DNA of 64,000 nucleotides from assembly GCA_963422395.1 (NCBI GenBank), contig OY729431.1, positions 2,208,001 through 2,272,000 of the forward strand, given 5' to 3'. This document shows positions 32,847 to 40,548 of this stretch, in pieces. Below the pieces are notes generated by a model, which made no database searches, was not told the DNA's origin, and was given only the letters and a program-made list of their open reading frames with translations. Source of the stretch: Vicinamibacteria bacterium. Lineage in GTDB: Bacteria > Acidobacteriota > Vicinamibacteria > Marinacidobacterales > Marinacidobacteraceae. A program made the position numbers and the translations under genes. Numbering within the stretch: the first letter of the stretch is position 1; every line of letters starts with the position of its first letter.

Positions 32847-33338
32847 TCAGGGCGACGGCTGGTTCTGATCGGGCGGCCCGCTCTTCTTTCCCGGCTCCAT
32901 CGCTCCCGGCGTCCTTTCCGCTTCGGAGGCGGCGTCCTCGCCCCGGGGAAGCGTTCCGAAGTGGACTTCCACGATCGTTTCCAGCCGCGTCATCCGGGAA
33001 GAGAGGCCCGCGAGGTCTGCCCGCAGGCCGCCGATCTGTCCTTCGAGGTCCGTTCGCAGACCGCCGATCTGCCCACCGAGGTCCGCCCGCAAGCCGCCGA
33101 TCTCCTGATGGACTTCCGTGCGGAGATCACCGACCTGCCGCTGCAAATCCAGCAGGCCGCCGTGCAAGGAGAGGAAGGCGCCGGCGGCGCCCGCGATCAT
33201 GGCGAGGAGCAGGCCGAGCATGATCCGCTCCGCCGTCGTCAGCTGCCCCTGGGGTCCCTGGGGCCGTCCCTGGGAGACAGCCGGTGCCGAGGAATTTTCG
33301 CTCACTGCGGTTCCATGTCTCACTTTTCCGCCGTCCAT
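32847..33338 (-). CDS. TM + 11-residue-repeat coiled-coil hypothetical protein
   Basis: Single TM, then GDLRTEVHQEI/GGLRADLGGQI/GGLRTDLEGQI/GGLRADL repeats ending in RMTRLET. Confidence 0.65.
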   Translation of the reverse strand: MDGGKVRHGTAVSENSSAPAVSQGRPQGPQGQLTTAERIMLGLLLAMIAGAAGAFLSLHGGLLDLQRQVGDLRTEVHQEIGGLRADLGGQIGGLRTDLEGQIGGLRADLAGLSSRMTRLETIVEVHFGTLPRGEDAASEAERTPGAMEPGKKSGPPDQNQPSP

Positions 33339-33525
33339 CGATCTCTCGGCGATCTCCCGGTGACTCCCTGTTTTCAGGAATAGGGGGAGGCCGCTTCCAC
33401 GCCCCCGGCACGAGGGGCGAAACCGCCGCCGCCCCCGACCGGAAGAGATCTTCTTCCGATCGGGTGGGCCTTAGCGCGGCTTTTCGTGCAGGTCGCGCCG
33501 GGGCGGGGAAGTGCGGTATCGAGGC

Positions 33526-33876
33526 CTATTCGGAGCCAGCCGCCGCCGCGATCGAGTGGACGGTGATCGTGTTCGTCTCCTCGTCGAGCGTGCCCATCAC
33601 CGTGACCTCCGCACCGAGGTGCTCCAGCGCCGTTTCCGCGGTGAGGTCCAGCAGGTGGAAGCCGTCCGGGCTGGCGAGCGCCACCCCGCCGCCCCGGTTC
33701 AAGCAGCCGGTGGCGCAGGCCTCGTGTTCGGCGTTCCCGGCCTTCGCGTAGTCCTTGGCGCACGCCTCGTCGGCGACCCAGCCGGTGAAGGCCGTGTCGT
33801 CGCTGGCAACCGCCAGCGCGGCGGCACCGAAGGCGAGGGCGAAGACGGAGAGAGCGATCAGCAGTTTTTCGGTCAT
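33526..33876 (-). CDS. Small secreted protein with Cys/His motif (OB-fold-like)
   Basis: Signal peptide; TGWVADEAC...HEACATGC...VTVMGTLD. Confidence 0.7.
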   Translation of the reverse strand: MTEKLLIALSVFALAFGAAALAVASDDTAFTGWVADEACAKDYAKAGNAEHEACATGCLNRGGGVALASPDGFHLLDLTAETALEHLGAEVTVMGTLDEETNTITVHSIAAAAGSE

Positions 33877-34020
33877 GAGAGGAATCTCCTTGTTCGAGTG
33901 GAATTCTCTGGAAGAGCTACTACCGGGGCGGGAATGCCACGGACGGCAACGGATTGTAGCAGAGGGCGTTCGAGACCCCGATCCAGCCCGAGACCGGAAC
34001 ATCGCGGGACATGAGGAAAG

Positions 34021-34054
34021 AAAAGGGCCGGGGCGGCTTCCGCCGCCCCGGCCC
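34021..34054 (-). terminator. Rho-independent terminator of the FN3 lipoprotein gene
   Basis: GGGCCGGGGCGGC-ttcc-GCCGCCCCGGCCC stem with an A-run on the + strand (U tail on the - strand). Confidence 0.75.
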
Positions 34055-34089
34055 GGAAACGCGCTCGCGCGCTACTGCCTACTAGCCTT

Positions 34090-36294
34090 TCATTGCTTCC
34101 CTGCTTTTGCTGCCTTCTGCCGTGGAATTTCATGGTATCTGCTCAGTCTCCAAGGCCCATTCCCGACTTCAGACACTGCCTGAACGCAAATGTGGACTCG
34201 GCGATACCCTAAATCACCCTCCTTCTTCTTCGCTTCCGGCTTTTCGAAATCGGCCTCCAAGTAGATTCCATCAAAGGAATTGGTGATCTTTACGTTATCC
34301 GCAATATTCCATTTTCCCCCATTTGAATCCGAACATACGGCCACCTTCGGAGCAGTGGTGCGAACTCTTTTACCCCCCTCATCCAAATACTGGCGGTATT
34401 TGATGGTCCTCGCTTTAAAACCAGTGTGGTCATCAGGCACAGTGAGGTCACTTTCGGGGATATCGACTTGCCACACAACGCTCATCATGGTGGGCGTCGA
34501 TGATGAAGAACTGAAGACGCTAGGAGATCTTGGCTTCCCTGGACGGGTTTGTATTTCCTCGTTGTCTTTCGGAACAGACCAATCACTCTCACCGGAGTCG
34601 TTCTCATAGCGCAGACAAAGCAGATACCCAGTGTAGGGCTTGAGGTTGCGATCCATCGTGATTCGAATGTTGTCAACTTGCCTGCTGGTCGGATTCTGGT
34701 CCTTCAACAGCGGACCGGAATCACAGCGATCCTGTATCTCTTTGGTCGAGTCGCCGTTCCTGACTGGATTGGCAACCACCCTGGCCTCATATCCGAAACC
34801 TTTCTTGAGGCTGAATCCACTCCAAGTGATCGCCTTCGTAATCTCATCCTCGATTGTAGGGTCTCCAACTGTCGAGGGGCTAGGAGATGTGATCCCCCAA
34901 GCGAACGACAGGTTCTCGCGGAGATTTTCCGAATTTTTGGTTCGGACGCATAGAAGTTTCTTAACTACCTCACTCTCGCTGATTGTGTACGAGGTCCGGG
35001 TAGGCTTATCACTTTCCCAATCACCACTGACGTCGCAAGTCTCCTTGGAGGGGCGTTGGATCTCGTATTCGGCACCAGGGAGCCGGTCCCAGATCCAGGT
35101 GATGCTGTCCGCTGTGCTCGTCCAGCGGACATTCAGACTCCCCGCACCTTCATCAGGGGTCCGATTCGATCCGCCGCCACCGGAGGGGGCGGTGCCCGTC
35201 GTCGTGCTCGAGACCGTGCTGCTCCAGGCACCCGTCTTCTTCGCGGCGTTGCTGCTGGCCGGGATGGCGCGGATACGGAAACCGTAGTCGGTGCCGCTAT
35301 CCAGGTCGCTCGCCACGCAGCTGGCATCGTCCACTTCGTTGTCCTCGTCTGCACCGCCGCAGCTGGACTCCGCCCAAGAGCTCGTCCCGTCGACTTGCTG
35401 CTCCACTTCGTAGTGATCGGCGCCATCTACTGCTTTCCAAGCGATGGAGATCGAGGTATCGGTCTCGTCACCGGTCAAGAGGCTTTTCGGAGCGGCGAGC
35501 GCCGTGGGCGCGGCGGGCTTCTTCGTCGTCCCCTCGGAGGGTTCCTCCACCCACTCGCCGAAGAGCGGCTCGGTGACCGTCCCCGCCCAGGCGCGAACCC
35601 GCAGGTAGCCGGTGCTGGACCCGGTGAGGTTCGGCACCCGATGCTTCGTATTCTGGGCGCCCGTCAGGATGAATAGCGGGTCGCCGTCTCCGAAGGTCTT
35701 GTCATCGCTGAACTGGACCTGGTAGCCGGCGGCGCCTTCCACTGCTTTCCAGGTCCACTCGATGAAGTCCGAGCCCGTTGCAGAGACCTCGAGCCCGATC
35801 GGCGCCGCCGGCGCGGTGGGCGCAGCAGCGGTCGTCGTGCCCGTCACATGCGTGGACCAAGAGCTGTACACCCGGTCGTCCCCCTCCCCCACGAATGCGC
35901 GCACCCGGAGGTAAGCCTTCGTCTCGGCGGCGATGCCTTCCTTGCGGTACGAAATCTGCTCTGCCGTCCTGGCGACGATTTCGTCTTCGCTGGTGAACGC
36001 TTCGTTGGCGCTGAACTGGACCTGGTAGCCGGCGGCGCCTTCCACCGCTTTCCAGGACCACTCGATGAAGTCGGCTCCGGCGGCGGAGGCCGCGAGCCCG
36101 GTCGGCGCAGCAGGTGCTTCGGGCGCCGGCGGCGTCGGAGTCGGCGGTGCCGGCAGTGTCGGAGTCGTCGGCGTCGGAGTGCTGTCTTCCCCGCAAGCGG
36201 CGATCGAGAAGCCCGCACCGAGGAACAGAACGAGCAGCAGAGCCCAAGAACCCATCCGTCGGGCGGAGAAAAAACCTGCTTCGAGCAACTTCAT
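34090..36294 (-). CDS. Multi-fibronectin type III domain lipoprotein
   Basis: GGAGG upstream; lipobox IAAC; Pro/Thr linker; repeated WxWKAVEGAAGYQVQFS FN3 units; Cys-containing, lower-GC C-terminal region. Confidence 0.85.
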   Translation of the reverse strand: MKLLEAGFFSARRMGSWALLLVLFLGAGFSIAACGEDSTPTPTTPTLPAPPTPTPPAPEAPAAPTGLAASAAGADFIEWSWKAVEGAAGYQVQFSANEAFTSEDEIVARTAEQISYRKEGIAAETKAYLRVRAFVGEGDDRVYSSWSTHVTGTTTAAAPTAPAAPIGLEVSATGSDFIEWTWKAVEGAAGYQVQFSDDKTFGDGDPLFILTGAQNTKHRVPNLTGSSTGYLRVRAWAGTVTEPLFGEWVEEPSEGTTKKPAAPTALAAPKSLLTGDETDTSISIAWKAVDGADHYEVEQQVDGTSSWAESSCGGADEDNEVDDASCVASDLDSGTDYGFRIRAIPASSNAAKKTGAWSSTVSSTTTGTAPSGGGGSNRTPDEGAGSLNVRWTSTADSITWIWDRLPGAEYEIQRPSKETCDVSGDWESDKPTRTSYTISESEVVKKLLCVRTKNSENLRENLSFAWGITSPSPSTVGDPTIEDEITKAITWSGFSLKKGFGYEARVVANPVRNGDSTKEIQDRCDSGPLLKDQNPTSRQVDNIRITMDRNLKPYTGYLLCLRYENDSGESDWSVPKDNEEIQTRPGKPRSPSVFSSSSSTPTMMSVVWQVDIPESDLTVPDDHTGFKARTIKYRQYLDEGGKRVRTTAPKVAVCSDSNGGKWNIADNVKITNSFDGIYLEADFEKPEAKKKEGDLGYRRVHICVQAVSEVGNGPWRLSRYHEIPRQKAAKAGKQ

Positions 36295-36480
36295 GTCACC
36301 TGACCTCCCAGTCGGCACACACGACGCGGGGAGAGCCCCGCGCCTGTCGAGACGCATATCCATATCCAAATCTACCACAGATTCTCGCCGATCGCTACCG
36401 AATATACCCGACACCCGGCACACGATCCGGCACGGTTCCCCGAACGGGAAACACCGCGCAGGCATCAGGCGGGCGTCGAA

Positions 36481-37746
36481 TCAACCCCCTGTCAACACCG
36501 CGGCAATCCGGCCGACGCCCGCGTTCATCAGCGCGTCGATCCGGTCGGCGATGCGCTGCGCGGGTTCGCGGAGCTGCTCGATGGTCCAGTCGGCGGCGTA
36601 GCCCTCGGTCACATCACCAGGCCGGGCGTGGTTCACCAGCCGCTTGGTCAGGGAGCGCGGCAGCAGCAGCTCGCGCTCGGCCACGGTGATGAAGCAGTTG
36701 CGCAGGCCGTGGAACCAGAACCTCGCGCCGCCCGCGCGCCCGATGCGGTCGTAGAGATGGTGCAGCTCTTCGATGTGGCCCGAAGTGCTGGCGGGCGACG
36801 GGAACACCCAGCCGCTCGGCCGTCCCGGGTCCTGCGCCCCCGCCCGGCGCCGCTCGAGGAGATCGGCCAGTTGCCGGGTGATCGGCAGCTCCAGCGGCTC
36901 GCCGGTCTTGGTCTCCTCCACCCGGAAGAGGCGCTCTGCCAGGAACACTCGCTCCCAGCGGAGCGTGAGGATCTCGCCCCGGCGCATCCCCGTGTACAGG
37001 CCGAACAGGAAGATGTCGCGGGTCGCCGGGACGGTCACCTCGGCATCGATCCCCGACCGCCACCGGGGCAGCACCTCGGCCGGGGTGGGGATTCGCCGCC
37101 GCCTCTTGTTGTGGAAACGGCCGCCCCCGGCCAGCCAGAGCTCGACCGGATTGCGCAGACCGTCGTGGTCCACGCACGGCCGGCGGTAGATGGAACGCAA
37201 CAGGGAGATCGTCTGGTTGGCCGCCGCCCATCCGTTCCGCTCGGTGATGCGGTGGAAGCGCGCTTCCACCTCCCGGCGGGTGATCGTGTTCAGAGGCCGC
37301 GCCAGCCAGTCGCCGAGGCAACGGCTCCCATGGCTTCGATCGAGCGCATCGGTGCCCGCCGCGCGGTTGGGGTGGACCGCGAGGTACTCCTCGAACGCTT
37401 CTCCGAGCCTCGGCATCTTCCGCTGCTCGCCGCGCTCGCCCGCCGGATCCTCGCCGGCAGCGGCCCGGCCCAGCAGCTGCCGGGCCATCCGCCTCGCCCG
37501 GTCGGGGGCGAGATGCCCGTAGCGTCCGATGACGATGCGCCGGTTGGGCGCCTTCCGGCCGCCGTCTCCGACGCGGTAGTTGACGAGAAAGGACTTGGCG
37601 CCCGACGGGTGGACCCGCACCCCGAATCCGGTGAGCCGGTCGTCCCAGGCGATCCACGGCTTGGAGGCAGGTTCGAGGGCCTCGACGGCGCGCTTGGTGA
37701 GCGTGATCCGGAGCCGGGCGACTCGTTTCCCGGAGTCCGTGGTCAT
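36481..37746 (-). CDS. Tyrosine recombinase/integrase with N-terminal arm-binding (DUF4102-like) domain
   Basis: LTKRAVEAL...WDDRLTGFGVRVHPSGAKSF arm domain; catalytic R (TGMRRGE), K (TKTG), HGLR, NH and Y (TEGY) all present. Confidence 0.92.
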   Translation of the reverse strand: MTTDSGKRVARLRITLTKRAVEALEPASKPWIAWDDRLTGFGVRVHPSGAKSFLVNYRVGDGGRKAPNRRIVIGRYGHLAPDRARRMARQLLGRAAAGEDPAGERGEQRKMPRLGEAFEEYLAVHPNRAAGTDALDRSHGSRCLGDWLARPLNTITRREVEARFHRITERNGWAAANQTISLLRSIYRRPCVDHDGLRNPVELWLAGGGRFHNKRRRRIPTPAEVLPRWRSGIDAEVTVPATRDIFLFGLYTGMRRGEILTLRWERVFLAERLFRVEETKTGEPLELPITRQLADLLERRRAGAQDPGRPSGWVFPSPASTSGHIEELHHLYDRIGRAGGARFWFHGLRNCFITVAERELLLPRSLTKRLVNHARPGDVTEGYAADWTIEQLREPAQRIADRIDALMNAGVGRIAAVLTGG

Positions 37747-37935
37747 GACGGCCAGCGTACCGACGGACGCCTTCAGGTCAACACGAAACGCAACACGGGC
37801 GAAGACGGCCGGACTTTCAGAGCCCCGCCCGATCGAGAGGATCGCGGCAGAACATCTTCCCAACCGGTTGAAAATACATATATTTTGCGATCCGATCCGA
37901 ATCGCGCCGAGACGAGCCGCCCCTACACGGCGAGG

Positions 37936-38392
37936 TTCTCCTTCTTGCCATGTTCCTGGGCGCGGGACTCGTGCTTTCGGGATGCGGCGATGACGATGCG
38001 CCGGCGACCCCGGCACCGGCTCCGGCCCCGGCCCCAGCTCCGGCACCTGAACCGGAACCGGAGGTTCCGTCGGCGCCGGCGACTCCGAGCGGGCTGATGG
38101 TTTCGGCGACGACGGAGACTTCGGTGACCTACAGCTGGACTGCGGTCGAGGGCGCGGTCGGCTATGCGGTACAGGTGAGCACCGACGAGATTTTCACCGA
38201 TGAGGATGCGGTCGTTGCGACGGTAGAGCCGACCTATACGGTGGCGGATATCGAGCCGGGAGCGACGGTGTATGCGCGGGTAGCGGCAGCAGCGACGGCG
38301 CCGCCGGATGCGGTGCTGAGTGCGTGGTCCACGCATGTGACGGGGACCTCGGACGAGCCGCCGCCGCCGAAGCCGCCGGCCCCGGACCCGGT
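37936..38392 (+). repeat. Left arm of a long inverted repeat (pairs with 42086-42542)
   Basis: Starts TTCTCCTTCTTGCCATGTTCCTGG; ~457 bp colinear with the reverse complement of 42086-42542, about 2 mismatches seen by eye; lower but still high similarity continues to ~38765. Confidence 0.93.
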
Positions 38393-39992
38393 GTCCGTGA
38401 CCTTCTCGCTGGCCGACAGCGCGAAGAACAGGCACCCGATGATTCCGGACGACGGCAAGGACGAGGAGACGGCGATGGCATCGGTGAACCCGGAGCTTTC
38501 GGTGGAGTCGAAGACGGATGTGGTGATCACGCCGATGTTCGTCGAGGGCGCGAGCGGGGTTCAGGTTGCGAAGGGGAGCAACGAGATGCCGTTCGAGAAT
38601 GTGAGCTGGGAGGCGCTGCAGAGCGATGTGGTATCGAAGGGAGTGACCTTCAAGGTGGTTCGGGTCACCCTGGGTGCGAACCAGGAGATGGAGCCGACGG
38701 GAGATGTGGCGTATGTGACCTGCGGTCCGTTCGATTGCGTTGCCGGCGAGGAAGCCCCGGAGATCACGATCGCCGATTCCTCCGCCTGCGAAGGCTGGGA
38801 GCCGACGCTGGAGCTTCAAGTCGGCAAAGTGGACAACGACGGAGTGGGCAAAGACGATGAAGCTGACAAGATGAACGGCTACGACATGGGCTGGCGGTAC
38901 ACCTCGAGCGATACGTTCGATGCGACCCACGAATTCGGATCTTTGATCACAGGAAAGAGCAGCGGAGTCAAGAAGAGCGCTAGCCTGAAGGGACTCCCGA
39001 TGCCGGACAAGATTGGGGCTGCCGTGACTTACGACGCCGACGTCGTCGACGGTGACGACAACTTCGAAAAGCAACAGACGGCGTGTTCCGATCCTTATAA
39101 TGCGACGAAGGCTTCCGGGGTCTTTGAGCCGGAGGAATGTTTCCGTCTCCATACCGCCAGCGATTACCTGTCGGTTTACGAAGTGTCTCTGTCATCGAAG
39201 AGTGCTGGGTTGAGCTACGGCTCGATCGTTTGGGACGAGATCAAAGATCTCTCTTGTGAACCCAAGGTGTTCGCCGCCGCCGATCAGGTGGATGTCTGTG
39301 AACTCTTCGAGGCGGAAGTCGATCAGGCCCACCCTTCGAAGATCAATGTCCAAGGGGTCTTGGATAGCGATAAGACCAAGCTCATGGGCCTCAATCTCGA
39401 CTTCACTGAATCTGGAGTACCTACTTCCGAACGCTACGCGGCCCTTTGGTACCACGATGGTTCGAAGCCCATGAAAGCCGCCCCCAAGAACCTATACAAG
39501 ACCAAAGCTGAAAAATGGACCGAGGGGTTCGTCAACAGGAAAGGCGCGTCGACGTCTCCTGGAGGACGCGATGATGTCTGGATCCGACTGCTCGACAAGG
39601 GCGATGACCCGCTGCCGGAGTATGGCGACCTCGGCAAGGTGGATACGGTTGCCACCAAGGAGGGTGAAGACGACAGAAACAAATCGGATAACCACTCTGG
39701 CTACAGCTGCTCTAGCAAAGATGGCGGTGTTGCTGCGTCGGCAACGTCAACATCGGCAACCTTGGTGGCCGGTGCCTCCCTCTGCGACGCCGAAGATGTC
39801 GAGATCTCAACCAAGGTCGTCTTCACCGACAACTTCGGCAAGCATGCCTGCTCGGTGGAGAAGTCCTACGCCATCACCTGCCAGTGGGACGCGACTGGGC
39901 AATTGGGTAGAAGCAGAGAGGAAGCCCCGAGCGATCTGAGCAAGGATGGTGCCATTGACAGATTCCTTTCTTGCAAGGTGGCAGTTGAGTAA
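37950..39992 (+). CDS. FN3/Cys-rich surface lipoprotein variant B, 5'-truncated (likely silent cassette)
   Basis: N-terminus identical to the 40549..42585 product from LLLAMFLGAG onward but lacks MKQITRKSVPVRGLI; in-frame TGA at 37869 with no ATG/GTG/TTG between it and 37950; ORF otherwise intact. Confidence 0.8.
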   Translation: MFLGAGLVLSGCGDDDAPATPAPAPAPAPAPAPEPEPEVPSAPATPSGLMVSATTETSVTYSWTAVEGAVGYAVQVSTDEIFTDEDAVVATVEPTYTVADIEPGATVYARVAAAATAPPDAVLSAWSTHVTGTSDEPPPPKPPAPDPVSVTFSLADSAKNRHPMIPDDGKDEETAMASVNPELSVESKTDVVITPMFVEGASGVQVAKGSNEMPFENVSWEALQSDVVSKGVTFKVVRVTLGANQEMEPTGDVAYVTCGPFDCVAGEEAPEITIADSSACEGWEPTLELQVGKVDNDGVGKDDEADKMNGYDMGWRYTSSDTFDATHEFGSLITGKSSGVKKSASLKGLPMPDKIGAAVTYDADVVDGDDNFEKQQTACSDPYNATKASGVFEPEECFRLHTASDYLSVYEVSLSSKSAGLSYGSIVWDEIKDLSCEPKVFAAADQVDVCELFEAEVDQAHPSKINVQGVLDSDKTKLMGLNLDFTESGVPTSERYAALWYHDGSKPMKAAPKNLYKTKAEKWTEGFVNRKGASTSPGGRDDVWIRLLDKGDDPLPEYGDLGKVDTVATKEGEDDRNKSDNHSGYSCSSKDGGVAASATSTSATLVAGASLCDAEDVEISTKVVFTDNFGKHACSVEKSYAITCQWDATGQLGRSREEAPSDLSKDGAIDRFLSCKVAVE

Positions 39993-40059
39993 CGACTAGC
40001 AACCTTTGTTCAGGATCCGCAAAGGATGATGTGATCTGCGCCTAGCGGATCCAACGGAG

Positions 40060-40087
40060 CCCCGGGGCCTTCGGGCCCCGGGGTTTT
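40060..40087 (+). terminator. Rho-independent terminator of variant B
   Basis: CCCCGGGGCC-TTCG-GGCCCCGGGG-TTTT. Confidence 0.85.
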
Positions 40088-40460
40088 CGTCTGTACGAAC
40101 TCCAGAGTTCGGTCCCGTCTTCGTCGAATACCCCCGGGATTCGATCTCGGGCGGCAGGAAGGCTGCTGGACACTGGCAATCGAAGCGCTCCAAGCCGCAC
40201 ACCCTGCGCGTCCCCAGATCCCGTTGTGGTGGGCAGTTGCCCAGGGCGTTCGCCAACCCCTCCTGTCCTGCTACTCATCGCTACTCATCGCGCCGCCCGG
40301 TGCGCCGAACAGCGCGGCCCTCAGATCTCCGGCGGGAGAGAAAAGTAGAAGGCCGCCCCAGCAGTGCGCGGCGCAGACCGCACTGCATTGACGCTCGACA
40401 TCCCCTCGGGGAACACCTGCCTCCCGAGGCGGAGTCCGCAGACTCGGGTTCGTACAAAAG

Positions 40461-40489
40461 AAAAACCCCGGGGCCCGAAGGCCCCGGGG
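40461..40489 (-). terminator. Rho-independent terminator of variant A
   Basis: Same stem-loop as 40060-40087, on the opposite strand, followed by a U-run. Confidence 0.85.
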
Positions 40490-40548
40490 CTCCGTTGGAT
40501 CCGCTAGGCGCAGATCACATCATCCTTCGCGGATCCGAAAACGAGGGT

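Noticed and set aside
40147-40159. TCGGGCGGCAGGA resembles the tRNA-Pro(CGG) 3' end (possible att remnant)
   Set aside because: Only ~13 bp with an indel in GC-rich DNA, and it does not bracket the integrase; I saw no convincing attL/attR pair.
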